From NCBI RefSeq assembly GCF_000315625.1, contig NW_005434578.1, forward strand, positions 87,501 to 151,500: DNA of 64,000 bases, given 5' to 3'. Both the position numbers and the translations under genes were made by a program. The first letter of the stretch is position 1, and each line of letters opens with the position of its first letter. This DNA comes from Guillardia theta CCMP2712. Lineage: Eukaryota; Protista; Cryptophyta. Below are positions 1 to 12,245 of the stretch, piece after piece. Below the pieces are notes generated by a model, which did not search any database, was not told where the DNA came from, and saw nothing but the letters and a program-made list of their open reading frames with translations.

Positions 1-810
1 GACTTCACGGAGGTAGAGGAGCATGGCAGCGGCTCTCATGCACCCATGAGACATGCTGCAGATGCTGCTGCTCGATGCTAGCGACCCTCTCAAGCTCAAA
101 GTTTCTCCTCTCACGCTGCCTCTGCCTGGCATCCCCTGGGAGGTCTGTTCTCCTCTGTTCAAACATGCCCTCCTTCCTTGCCCCCTGCTGAACTTCGTAA
201 CTTCTTCCCTCTGTGTTGATGTGCTTTGAGGTCTATCAGTGACTGATCATGTTGAAAGAACGTCAGGCTCTCAGTGTTTGAAGAGAAACTCCTTGCAACC
301 TCCTCTTCGAGCAAATTCAGAAGGTGGCGAATTTCTCTATCCTTCCATCCACTCCCTTCCCCTCCCCTCCCCCTTTTTCTCTTCGTCCCTTCTATCTCCT
401 TCCCTCCTCTCGCCTCCCCTCCCCTCCTCTCCCCTCCCCTCCTCTCCCCTCCCCTCCTGTCCTGTGTCCTGTCCTGTCCTCTCCCGTCCCCTCCTCACTT
501 CTCGCTGATCTCAATCAGGCTGGTCGGTGTGATCTCTCCCTTGCAAAACGTCGTCAAGATGTTCTGCCTGGACGTGAGGAACCCGGTGAGGTCGGTGGGC
601 GATGGCAGGACGTGCTGACGTGGCGCTGGCAGAACGTCTCCTTCGACGTTGCCAGTCAAGACAAGTACCTGGTCGTGCTCCCCCGGGACTCCAACGGGAA
701 ACTGTGAGAGAGGTGACATGGAGGGAGAGATCTGACGTACGGTTAGGATTGTTGGAGATGTTTCTATCATCGACATGAAACAAGTCTTTGACACCAACTC
801 GACTTCTTGA
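1..810 (+). CDS. 3' part of an intron-containing hypothetical protein
   Basis: Exons joined by short GT-AG introns read ...MLLLDASDPLKLKVSPLTLPLPGIPWE...RLVGVISPLQNVVKMFCLDVRNP / NVSFDVASQDKYLVVLPRDSNGKL / IVGDVSIIDMKQVFDTNSTS*, with TGA at 808-810. No family recognised. Confidence 0.55.
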
Positions 811-848
811 GATCGTCTTCAATAAAGTGAGATGCGAAGAGGGAATAT

Positions 849-2514
849 TTACATTATGGACACTGATGGCGGGAAAAACTTGATTCTATCATGCTGCATC
901 AAACGGTCTTGGGGTCGACCTGCCCGTTGGAAGCTTCTCTCGCATGTCCTGAGGTCAGTCAGAGGGCAGGAGCAGGAGGTCACACGTCCTCCTCGTTCAC
1001 CTTGAGACTGACTGTCCCGGTCATGGAGGAGGCGGCCTTGTCTGCCAGCACCGGTCAGTCTGAGGAGGAACATCGACTTTCTCTCGTACGTCTCGTCCTC
1101 TCCCGCTGGGTCCTCGGAGTTGATCATCTGCGCATGTAAAGAGTGAGCAGTCTGAGCCCGAGGGCCAGCAAGCGGCGAGCTCACCGTCTCGCTCCTCTCG
1201 CTCATCCCCTCCCCCTCTTCGAGATCGAAGGACTCCAGACTCTCCTCGTCCTCTTCGTGCACCTGCCGAGCTGCTTCAGGGGGCAGAGACAGAGGAGAAG
1301 AAACAACTTCCTGTCCTCGGTCATCACCGCTGCGCTCTGCAGCTTGAGGAAGAGAGTTCGGCTCTCAGCCTCCCCGCCCGGTCCCTCCTCCTCAACTACT
1401 ACCGGAGGGTCCAGGCGCACGTGCGCGTAGCTGCCAGGGGAGGTCAAAGAGCGCACAGGAGGGACAAGAGACAATCTCACGCGACATCATCGTCATCCAA
1501 TACAAATTTCAGCGCTGCTTCCTCTGTCTCCCCTTGAGAAAATTGTCAGTAACTCCCTGCCCTCCTCTCTCCTCCACATACCTGGCCAGTTGGAGGTAGA
1601 AGCGAAGACAGTAGGCAGGACCCCATGGCTGTACCAGGAGGTCACCAACAGCCACCTCCTCTCCTCACAACCTCCCGGACAATCTTCTCAGTCCCACTTT
1701 CAACGCTTCATCGTCGGCCGGCGCCTTTCACGACATTTCATGGTGGCGCGCAGCTTTCGGGGAACGAACCTTGATGAGGTAGCAGTTGGTCCGATGGAGG
1801 AAGACGTCGTCTCTAAGTCCGTATGATCTTCTCGTCCCCGTCAGCTGACAGCACAGCATGCGTCACCCACCGACAAGACCCTCCTCCTGCCACCTACCCG
1901 GATAACCATTGTCCGACTGCACCCCCCCTCCTTGCCAGCTGCGCCGCCCTCGTCTCCGAAGCCTGGCAGGCCTTCGGTTCCTGGCTGAGCTCAGCGAGAG
2001 GAGGAGGAAGCGAGTGTATCGCACCGAAAGGGAAGTTGAAGAAGCTGGGATGGATGAGGGGTGACTGAGCCAGGGGTGACTGAGCCTTTGATGACGTGGA
2101 GCCGTCACAAGGAGGCGAAGGGCAGACGCGTCCTTCGCCCTCGCAGCATCTCGCCGTGTATGTCCCGTGACCTGTGGCAGTCTTGTCAATGTCTGCTCCT
2201 CCTCAGCTCGTCAAGCATCGGAGAGCAGCAAAGACGCAAAGGCGAGACAGCCAATCTCGTATCCCACTCAACATCAAAGGGCATGCGTCCCATGAACGAG
2301 CTTTCTCAAATGGCAGGATCTCACATGGCAGGATCAGAAGGCGAGAGAGGTTTTCTGCTCACCATTGGATGTGGAGCAATGGCTCTCGTGCTCAAATGGA
2401 GAAGATCCCTGGACTTGCATGCAGACGTGCTCACAGCTGGCAACGTCGGGGCAACGCCCTGCTCCCGCCGCTGCTCTCAAAGTGACCAGCATCTGGAGTG
2501 AGAGGAGGAGCCAT
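849..2514 (-). CDS. multi-exon hypothetical protein
   Basis: ATG near 2514 (MAPPLTPDAGHF...) followed by several coding-like minus-strand segments bounded by GT/AG, ending in the 849..1262 frame. Exact exon structure unresolved. Confidence 0.4.
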
Positions 2515-2749
2515 GGGAGCATGCTAGTCTTGTGCATGATATATGCTCGTCGCGTCCTCTTTTTCTCGCTCTTGCCTCCCCCCGCCCCTCCTCCTCCTGT
2601 ACGTCCTTCCTCAAGCATCTTTGTTTGGCCTGGATAGTTCGGAGAAGGCGGAGGAAGGTGGTAGGGTACTCTTAGTGAATGGAGGGAATAAAGAGGGTGA
2701 ATAGAAATGGAATAAGGGGTAGGGGGTACACCAGCAGGGAGGTGGGGTT

Positions 2750-3200
2750 TAGGACGGCACGGTGGCACTGCCGCAGGTTCGGCGCCCGGCGTCCGGCCGG
2801 CCGGGCCCCGGCGGCCCAAGGCGGCAAGCCGACTCCCGACTCGGTCCGGCCGGGCGAAGTTTCGAGCCGCGCCGTCGGAGGCCGGGCTCGGAGCTTGGGC
2901 CCGCCGTTGGACTGAGGCTCAGTGATGATGCGTCCCAGCCGGCCCCGTACTCACCGTGGCACTGCAGGCTGACTCGCCGTCAGGCTCGGGCCGTGACCCG
3001 GCGGCGCCGCACTGCTGAGCCCGCGGCCCCGGCCGGGGCCGGCGGAACTTGGAACTCGAACTTCATACTCCGGATTCTCGGACTCCCGGGGGCCGCCGCC
3101 GCGGCCGCCCGGGGGCCGGCGTGTAAGCGCCGGGCCCGGGCGGTCGCACGGGCCCCGCCGGGCCGGCCGCGGCGCCGGGTGGCGAGATCGGATCAGTAGT
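2750..3200. repeat. GC-rich palindromic-word island 1
   Basis: Very GC-rich and dense in CCGG, GGCC, CGGCCG and GACTC/GAGTC; preceded by a G-rich GGGGT arm at about 2640-2750. Confidence 0.7.
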
Positions 3201-3499
3201 GCCGCTACTAGGCTAATGATGCATACTGACTCGATGATTTACAGAGACATGCGGACTCCCGAGTCTGGCAAAGGACATTCGGGCCGCACTGCACAACTTG
3301 GCAACAATCATTTGAATACTGAAAGTGAAAATGCTTGACTTCGTCATACAGTATGTCTAGATCGGTGATCCAACCCCGGGCATTGAGATTTCAGCCAAGT
3401 TCAAAGTATGACTGCAACCTGGTCGATGGTACGAAACGAGGCGATCAATGGCATTCAGTTTACAGTGACTGATGATTCGTGAAATGGGCACTCGTCCGA

Positions 3500-4734
3500 T
3501 CCATTGAGAGGAGATCTGCGCGCTAGACGGTGCAGGCAGTGGCTTCAAGCGCTGGATTGCTGACACCGATGTAGAAAGGGTGGAAACTGAGCAAGGAGAC
3601 GGTCATTGAATTCCTGAGATTGCCCAAGTTGACGATCCAGCTTGCGTTCAAGGTCTTCCTGACGCTGCTGGGCATCCTTGCGGGCATCTGCATTCTGTTG
3701 CAGGAGTAAAGCAAAAAGTCAACGAAGAGATGCTTCTTTGTCGCTGGTGGTAGGAGAGTTTCGACCCGAAGACATCGCAGAGATGGGCTCTGCGACAGGG
3801 GTGCGCGAAGCAAATGCACCAGAGGCTGAATCACGTGAAGCATGTGGAGCTGGAGACTCCTTAGCGAAGACAGACGGTGCTGGTACAGGCGCAAAACAAC
3901 ATGGGCGAGCACAAGAAGCTGAATGGGAATCCTGCTGTGGTCGATCTTGCATGCCATGATTGTATCATCATCTCTCGTTACGGAAAAAGGACGGGGAAAT
4001 TGGAATTGTTCAGCTCCAACATTTCATTGGATTGAAGTTGGAACAGAAATTTGTTCCGTAGATCTCGAAATCCTTCTTTCACTGGTCAGAGCCTTACACA
4101 ATCTGTATACAAGAGGTTGAGACTATCGAAAGGTAGCGCGACATTGCTAGTTTTAAATCATTCTGATGTGCAATGACAGGCCCGGGCGAATGATTGAAAC
4201 ACAGAGGGTTACAACACATTACAACGATGGTTTCCTGTAGGGAAGTGGTCAAACTACGAGCGAATATTCATCCCAGTCCATATTTGGGGTACCTGAACAA
4301 GGACAGCACGGGAAAGATTGAAGGCATGCCGCAGTGCCGCGAGTTTGATGCGGTTGTAGAACCATGTATCAAGGTGATCAAGGAGAGACACGACAGAAAA
4401 CAAAGTCGGCGACCTATCCTGATCGGTGAAAAAGATTTCTTGCGATATGAATGGCAGCAAAAGGGATTACAAGGAGGAAAGATCTGGCAGCAGGAATACG
4501 TTGCTTCCAACAAGATCAGTAGAGAAAATCCACATCCCTGATGATATTCACCAAGCTCCCTGGATACAGACCCCCCAACAAACTGATTCCGTGTCATGTG
4601 GCATATTTCTGTGCGCTATAGCTGACTGCTTGTCTGGTAACATGGGAGTGAATTCATTTGGCCAAGGAGACATCGACGAGATCCACAAGGCTATAGAAAC
4701 TTTATTGAGAATCTTGTATTTATGTAAGAAGTGA
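3500..4734 (+). CDS. Ulp1/peptidase C48-like cysteine protease (SUMO/NEDD8 protease-like), spliced
   Basis: Ordered motifs across exons: RWIADTDVER (like WLND), DCIII...FHWIE (His), YLNKDS (Asp), TPQQTDSVSCGIFLCAIADCL (oxyanion Gln and catalytic Cys, like PQQxNxxDCG). 5' end uncertain. Confidence 0.6.
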
Positions 4735-5059
4735 ACGCATGCGCAGTGTAGGCGACTGATACATTCAATATGAGCTCACATGGCAAAGGAGTGTTACAAT
4801 GTGGATGGATGGACAATGACATTACAATGTCTATCGTGGCATTGCCTGTGACAGATACATCGAAGTTGCCATCACTACGTTTGCCATCGATTGCTGGAAG
4901 TTGACCCCATAACCTGCAATAGGAAAAATACTGCAGAAGATGATCTCATAAGGAGTAGTAGCACTGATCGGTAAAAGATGATGTCACAATGTAGACAACT
5001 GCAGAATGTCCCCCGGATTGTACACCCTTACACAAGTTTGCAACATTGCTGTCCATGGC

Positions 5060-6800
5060 GCCCCGATATGGGGGGATAGAGGGAGGGACAGGCATTCCCA
5101 CAAAGTGATCAAGTACCCCTACAGGATGTGGTATTTAAGGCTTCCAGAAGGGGGTACTGTAGTCTGTCACCCGCCGCTAGAACGGGGTACGACGACCACC
5201 CCCATATACAACTCAATTTGTTACATACTAGAAGCACGAGGTGGGGGGTGGGCGTGGGGGTGGAATGAGAAGTGGTGGAGTCAATGCAGGGGGTAGTGCT
5301 AGGGAAGCTGTGGGGTCGAATACAAGAATACTTTTCTTTTAAAAATGTTGTTAAACATTATTGAGTCGTACCAGAAAGTACCCACCCTCTGTAGACAAAA
5401 TATTGTTGTTTTGACCCGTTGTGATAGAGAGGAATATGCTTTAAAATTTATTGATTAGAAAACCTCTAACTTTATTAAAACTACCAGAAAAATAGTTATA
5501 ACTGTTCTTGTAAGCTACAATAATTTTTTAAGTCCAGGACAGCAAGTATAAAAAGTAGTAGCCGTATAACCTTTTTTTAATTGTTACTCCTACAGCCCGA
5601 CCCACTCTACACCTACTAAAGCTACCCCCACCCCCATCACTGTTCTAGACAGAAGCTCACCCCTTTAATCAACCCCCCCTGTCTCCTCCTCCACCACCCT
5701 ACCTGCCACTACCCCTACCTCCTCAATTTCTCTATGCCTAATCTTGAGACTGCCACGTACCTCTATTCGCCACCCCTGACCCCTTACACTATCAAACTCA
5801 CATTCCTTAATGCCACCGGTGTTTTCCCCTTGAAGTACCCTTGTTATCAAGAGCTGAAAACCCTCAGGTATCTTCTCCACCCCTGGCTCTCAATCCCAGT
5901 TCAGTGACTCATTGATTGTGAAACAACCCCTACCCACAAATACCACCCTTCCTGGATCTGTACCCCTCGATTCATATATGAATACCCCCTTGTTTCAGCC
6001 TATCACTCACCCTGTGAGCTAGGGTTTGAACTGATGCTTCTATAACCTGCCAACTAATTTATAAAGAACTCTGATAGTTCGGAGTGAATCAAACCTATAA
6101 AGATTTTATATGACCGTTTCTATTATTTCTGGCATGCTTCACCTGCCTGCTGCTGATGTGAATCAAAATGACCAAATCAGTTGGCGATGGACGCATTTCT
6201 TGTATATAAAACACTTTTATTGAGTTTAATTATATTGTTAATTGACAAACATCGATGCTTGTTTCACACATCGATACAACTCCTACTGTAAAAGTACTTA
6301 TAAATTCTGAACTGCTACAGTTCTCGAGCGATTTCGGTACAAAATATATTTTGAGATCTGTACAGAGATTAGATATGTTGTTGTTATAATACCAATCTAT
6401 TTTTGAAAATATATTTAAAACTTCATCGGATCCGAAAAGACAAGATTTCATCTTGCAATGTCTATGGACCCCCATGTTCTGCCTTCAAAGCGCATTCTTG
6501 GATGCTACCCTACCTGCCCCTCACCAAAATGTATACCCACCCTCATAATCAACTAGTTGTCATCCCCCTTGGGATGGTACCCCCAAATTAAACAATGAAC
6601 CCCTCAATGAAGGATTAGACCGGACTTTTACCCTCAATACTCCACAGGAATTTGGGGTCATCATTACCCAATGTCATTTTATACCGGTACGTTCAGTCCA
6701 GTACCCACCATCTCATAATCCTGTTTATAACTCACCGGTCATAGCAACGATTTTGACCCACCCTTCTACGCAACCACTCTACCCCACCCCCACCCATTAG
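5060..6800. promoter_or_regulatory. strand-skewed intergenic region: G-rich arm, AT-rich core, C-rich arms
   Basis: GGGGT/GGGTA runs at 5060-5310, AT-rich 5320-5580, ACCCC/TACCC runs at 5590-6000 and 6460-6800, upstream of the 678-aa ORF. Confidence 0.5.
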
Positions 6801-7251
6801 GGACCTACCTCTGAAGCATCCTCTCCTCCATGCAGGCGTGATCTCGTCGGCATCCAGCAGCTCCAACCCCCCCTCGTGCTCGCGCCCGGACACCTTCCGC
6901 TCCTCCCAGGCTGCTGGTCGGTCTTATCTTCACCAGCCCCTCTAGATCAATCGCCTTCTGATCTCTGAGGCCGTCAGGGTGCTTGCCGCGGAACTGCAGA
7001 GGATATTTCTTACACCTGCTCTGCAAAAGGGGATCCGTTGAAGTTCATTCCTTGTTTCCAATCGGCGACTTTGAGAAGGGATTTCAAGTCTTTGGGTGCT
7101 TGTATTGACACTGGCTGTTGCATGGTTTGCATTTGAGACAAATCTTCCTCCAGCATTCCCCCAAAGAATCAGAAATCGTCGAAGGCAGACAACTTGAACC
7201 TGGAATATATCACGTGAAGACATTGGATGAACTGATCTGGAAGTTGTTACA

Positions 7252-9288
7252 ATGATGCAAGGATTAGAAACGGCTGGATACGACGATCATATGAACCTTC
7301 CTTGGGACTCCCTTCGGGAGCAAGATTGGGCCTCATTAGGGTGTGATCCTGGTGAGACGGATTTTGATGTTCTCACAAACCACGACATTTTTGGAAACCA
7401 ATCATCTGCACCAATCGAAATTGATGGCGTTGACGGTGATATGAATTGCTCTGCGCTTCTGGGTTTTCAATGTAGTCCTGTTGCGGTTGATTCGTCTGTG
7501 GACTTCCTCTGGGAAAGTCTTGGAAATTCCAAGCAGGGTGCGCAGAATGCTTCTGCTCAGACTTCCAGTTCGAACACAAATGATCACCAAGCAAGCAACC
7601 AGGAGGGGTGGTTGTCCTTTGATCAGGACAACAATGGCGATCTCAAGGTGCATGAGGATCACAAGCACATTCTTCCTGCTTTGCCGTCTTCGCCCCTTAC
7701 CTATGCACACTTCTCACATGGAATCGACGGTATGAGGGATGAATCTACAGCCAAAGATGGATTCTGTACAGGACATTTCTGCTGTGTAGCAATTGGTGAT
7801 GGACGAGTGTCTCCACATACCAGTGATCAGGCTCGTTTCCTCTTGGAAAATTTGAAACGATCTGCCGGTAGGGATGAGCATGCGATTGTTCGTCTCAAGA
7901 ACGAAGCGTCGATGGACTTGAAGATCTTGGTGTTCCCTTATGCGTCACCCGAATCCCTTGCATTGCGAGAATACATAGCATCCAACGTCAGCCAAATACC
8001 GGCTCCTTTCGTGCTCCTCTGCGGTGACTTGTCAACAGGAATGAAATCTTCATTCACTGATCATGTCTCCACCAATGTGAAGTCATACATCATCAAAGGG
8101 CTGGCAGAGTGCATGAGTGACAAGCGATGCAATGTCACCGCTTCAAAGTTGAAGGGTAACGAAGGTCCGAGGGCAGCTGTGAATCTCGTGGAGCCATTCG
8201 CTTCTACGTTTTTCAAAGACGTGATCGATGTTGACAGTCTACCTAATCATCAACCCACGGATGCTGAGGCTTCGACATCACACTTTGCCCCTAAGGTCTC
8301 CCCTCGTGCTGGGTTGCCTTACAACATGGGCTCTTCTACTCCGAGGAATTCGTCACCGGACGAGTCGGTTCCTTCGACCCCTCGAGCTGACGATGAGGTG
8401 CACGTCGAGGGTAAAGCAACAGCACACTTTCCGGTCAATCTGTTTGTGACAGCGATTGCGGATGGTTCGATTGAATCGGACACTCCTCAAAAAATCCGGG
8501 AGCGGCTTGCGCAAATTGTACGAAAAGTCCCAAAAGAGCAGAACACAAATGTGGAAGTTTGTGACGGCGGAACAATTGATTTGAAGATGCGAGTTTTTGT
8601 TGTCAACAGTGAAGATGCAAAGGCTGTAGGGGAATACATCAACAGTCATCTGAAACAGAACCCAGCTCCATTCGTTGTCCTTGCAAGACACCTTCCGATG
8701 GCGGTACTCTATGACCCAACTTTGCTTGATCTTTCCGATGCAAGCGTAGCTGATCGTTTGAGGAAGCAAGCAAAGACTCGAGCAGTGAAGGTTCTAAGGG
8801 AGGCAATCGCCAACAAATCCTTGGGGATAACGATGTCAATGATGCGAGGCCATGAGGGTGCTTTGATTCCTGCCGACAGATTGTATGATGCTCTGGGAAC
8901 TCTGACGAAACCTGTGCAAGATGGTGACAACCCAGGCAAGTACATTATCTTCGAAGCCAGGAACAAGGCGGGAAGCGTACCGTGCTCTCCGAGAAAGAGA
9001 CTGGCGAGTGAGGCTCTGGACAAACAACCCCTGTCAGGTGGGAGCATGCATCTTGGGATGCCTGGCAGTACGGCAGGCACGATGGGGCCTGAGAGTCGAA
9101 TAGCAAACGACATGGTGTACAAACCTGTGAATCACCCGAAAATCATGTCCAATGGGAATAGGAAAGCCTCGATGGCCTCTGCTTCAGCAAGCTTCCTGCA
9201 CCGCGACATGATTGTGAAAACTTTCAACAAGCGGGCAAGAAAGGAGGAATTCCCTTTTGACGGTGTATACGATCACGAATTTGTATGA
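7252..9288 (+). CDS. 678-aa intronless hypothetical protein with two tandem copies of an unrecognised ~150-aa domain
   Basis: Long uninterrupted ORF. The internal repeat AI(G/A)DG...DLKxxVF...EYIxS...PAPFV(L/V)L...G(N/H)EG occurs twice. Acidic N-terminus and basic PRKR and KRARK motifs. Confidence 0.85.
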   Translation: MMQGLETAGYDDHMNLPWDSLREQDWASLGCDPGETDFDVLTNHDIFGNQSSAPIEIDGVDGDMNCSALLGFQCSPVAVDSSVDFLWESLGNSKQGAQNASAQTSSSNTNDHQASNQEGWLSFDQDNNGDLKVHEDHKHILPALPSSPLTYAHFSHGIDGMRDESTAKDGFCTGHFCCVAIGDGRVSPHTSDQARFLLENLKRSAGRDEHAIVRLKNEASMDLKILVFPYASPESLALREYIASNVSQIPAPFVLLCGDLSTGMKSSFTDHVSTNVKSYIIKGLAECMSDKRCNVTASKLKGNEGPRAAVNLVEPFASTFFKDVIDVDSLPNHQPTDAEASTSHFAPKVSPRAGLPYNMGSSTPRNSSPDESVPSTPRADDEVHVEGKATAHFPVNLFVTAIADGSIESDTPQKIRERLAQIVRKVPKEQNTNVEVCDGGTIDLKMRVFVVNSEDAKAVGEYINSHLKQNPAPFVVLARHLPMAVLYDPTLLDLSDASVADRLRKQAKTRAVKVLREAIANKSLGITMSMMRGHEGALIPADRLYDALGTLTKPVQDGDNPGKYIIFEARNKAGSVPCSPRKRLASEALDKQPLSGGSMHLGMPGSTAGTMGPESRIANDMVYKPVNHPKIMSNGNRKASMASASASFLHRDMIVKTFNKRARKEEFPFDGVYDHEFV

Positions 9289-9557
9289 ACTATGTCAGGG
9301 AAGGAGAAGTAGCTACTTGGGGTAAGGGTCTGCTGATCGCATATCGGACGAGTTGTTCAAATCGACCAATTTGTAAAATCAAGTTTTTTCGAGTGATGTC
9401 CTAAAGTTATCTCTGTTGGCTCTGGTTCACTTATTGCAAGGTTCTGTGATTAAACGCCTGCGAAAGTATCTGCTGAGCAGAGGAATTTGCGCGCAAATCA
9501 ATAAATGAGATGAAAAAGATGACTGCTCGCAAACTCTATCCAAATTCAACTCTCGTC

Positions 9558-11199
9558 TCATGCAGCATTCGCGCGAATATCGTTGATGGAGGTGACAGAA
9601 AACCCGGAGGTCCGTGCGAGGTAGACGGCGTCGAGGTCTTCCATCCTCCCTTCTCCGCTTGTGGGCGCAAGCTCTCCCATGCACGCCACAGTCTCCAGCC
9701 CTGCCGATCTTAAGAGGAGGAGGGAGGCCTGGAACTTGTCCACCTCTTCCACCTACACATGCGTCACTCGCTCTCCTCCGCTGCCTGCTCCTCACCTTCA
9801 AGGTATCCACATCGACTGGAACTGGTAGGATGTGTCCATCCAGCTCGAGAGTCTCAGCTGTCCCGTTGAGCAGGCCGTGAAGGGTTTGCAACCGAGAGTC
9901 AGCCGCCACCCCTTCTCAGCACGTCACCAATGGCAGCACGAGCAAAGAATCAGTACCGGAAGACTGCAGCAGCATGGTCGAGACTGCGTCTGTCAGCTTC
10001 AACTTCACCTGCCTCTCCTTGTCCAGCGGAGCCCAGAGCACCCCTGAGGTGTACCTCGACATGCTGGCAAGAGCGCTAGCGGACACAGTCTGAGCGCTTG
10101 CGAGGAGAAAGGCCCTCTGTTGGTCGATCATCACGATGAGCTTGCCGGCAGCCAAACTTGCTGCAGCCTCCTTGACAGAGGAGCTGCCGAAGGAGAGGCC
10201 GCTAGACGCTTCGCCGTCCTCCGTCAGGTCAAGCTTGAGAGAGTGGGACATCCTGGCCGCCTTTGTCCTGAGATATTTCACGTTGTAGGTGTTGGGCTCC
10301 ACCAGCGAAGGTTTCGTCCTGTCGATCTTCACCCCCACGTCTGTCAGCTGCTGGATCTTGTAGGGGTTGTTGGTCACCAACTGCACTGACAGGATCCCCA
10401 TGTCCTCGAGGATCGCAGGAACACAATCGTAGGACCTTTCATCGTCCTCGAACCCCAGATGCCTGTTAGCGTCCACCGTGTCCAGCCCGTTGTCTTGCAG
10501 CTGGTATGCAGCGATCTTGTTCGCCAGGCCGATGCCCCTCCCCTCCTGAGGCATGTAGATGATGGCTCCAGAGTTCTGGTTGATGTAGTTGAGTGCCATG
10601 TCCAACTGCTCCTTGCAGTCACACCTCTTCGAGCCCAGTACCTCCGACGTGAAGCACTGATCGTGTACCCGCACAACCACTCCCTCCTTCCCCCTCAAGT
10701 CCCCGCTCACCATCACCACCGGCTCCATCTCCGTCCACTCCAGCACCCGCTCGCCGTTCCTTGTAACTATCTTAGCTCCCCTGTACCTGTAGGAGCGCAG
10801 ACGGAACATCCCGCGGTCAGTGGGCATGTGGCACTCAGCGATGAACTCAGTCTTGCCCTCGGGGTAGTACTGGTCCCCGAAGCTCTTCCCCTGGCTCGCG
10901 CGCATCGGCTCGATGGCCATGCGCAGCTTCAGGTGAGCCGCGTTGATCCGCGGGCTGGAGCTGCCGGACATTCCCACGGCAGTTGCGACATGGTCGTGGA
11001 AGGAGGAGCGATGGGGCGCAGGGGCTTGCGGACGAGCTTCCATGTCTACTGCTGGGAACGTGCAGGCGAAGCAAGCCGTGTCCTTGAGCCAGAGGGAGGA
11101 GATGAGGAGGAGCACCATGTAGAGCGACATGTTGAGCCAGCAGTGGGTAGAGAAGGGAGTGCGAGCTTTCTTGCGGCAGGCGCCTGTCTGTTTCCCCAT
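9558..11199 (-). CDS. ribA: GTP cyclohydrolase II with a C-terminal degenerate DHBP synthase (RibB-like) domain; hydrophobic N-terminal segment
   Basis: VRVHDQCFTSEVLGSKRCDCKEQL (three Zn-binding Cys), QEGRGIGLANKIAAYQLQDNGLDTVDAN and LVTNNPYK. Introns 9912-9956 and 9753-9795 extend the frame through RibB-like GVAADSRLQTL...GHILP...LLRSAGL...SINDI to the stop at 9558. Confidence 0.92.
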
Positions 11200-11909
11200 A
11201 ACCTTCCTCGCTTCTCCTCCTAGAGCTCAGGCAAGAAATCTTTGTGCCTGCATGTCATCGGGGGATCCTCGTGTCCTGCCCCCTGTCCGCTACCTGAACA
11301 TCCCACAGTGAGCAACAAGAGCATCCGGTCGCCTCCTCTGACCGCTCTATCCAGGTGTCAATCTTGAGTGGGGAGCGAAGAGGCTGAGGAATCAGAGCGC
11401 AACCAGAGGCCCAAGACTGAACCCTGAAGGAACGGGTTAGCGAAGGAGACGGCAATCTGCGGACGGAGAGTCGATGGAACTTGGAGACATGGGGGAACCA
11501 AAAGGTGACTTAAGGGAGGTGGAGGGCACTGGGGCAGACAATGAAAGCAAGAGAAAAGAGAGAACAGTGATGAGAATGAGAAGGCAGACGAGGAGGAAGT
11601 TGTCGTAATCATCGTAATGTATGAGAAAAGAGATGATGATAACCATTACAACAGGGGGGAACTCATGTGATTTGAGCGAGCAGGATGGAAGATGTACGCA
11701 AGCAGAGAGAAAGACAGATGACCTCAGAAACAAAATATGATGAGGGAAAAAGAGCAAGAATCATGACCGGCAGGTCAAGCGACGAGGAGTTGGAGAGTGT
11801 TCACAAGCAAGAAATCAGAAAATCGTCAAGACAGAACTACGTTTGGTGAAGTAGCAAGCAAGTCCTGAGAGGGAGGATAAAAGGAGGAGCAGAAGCCGGA
11901 GGAGAAGGA

Positions 11910-12245
11910 GATGGTGAGCGAGAGGGAGATGGAGAGCAAGAGCAAGAGGGAGAGCAAGAGCAAGAGCAAGAGCAAGAGGGAGAGCAAGAGCCAAGAGCGA
12001 GAGCGAGAGCGAGAGCGAGAGCGAGAGCAAGAGGGAGAGCAAGAGCAAGAGGGAGAGGGAGAGCAAGAGCAAGAGGGAGAGCAAGAGCAAGAGGGAGAGG
12101 GAGAGCGAGAGCAAGAGGGAGAGCAAGAGCGAGAGCGAGAGCGAGAGCGAGAGCGAGAGCAAGAGCGAGAGCAAGAGCGAGAGCAAGAGCGAGAGCAAGA
12201 GCGAGAGCAAGAGCGAGAGGGAGAGCAAGAGCGAGAGGGAGAGCG
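11910..12245. repeat. compound hexamer microsatellite (GAGCAA/GAGCGA/GAGGGA)n
   Basis: Directly visible tandem hexamer variants. Confidence 0.95.
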
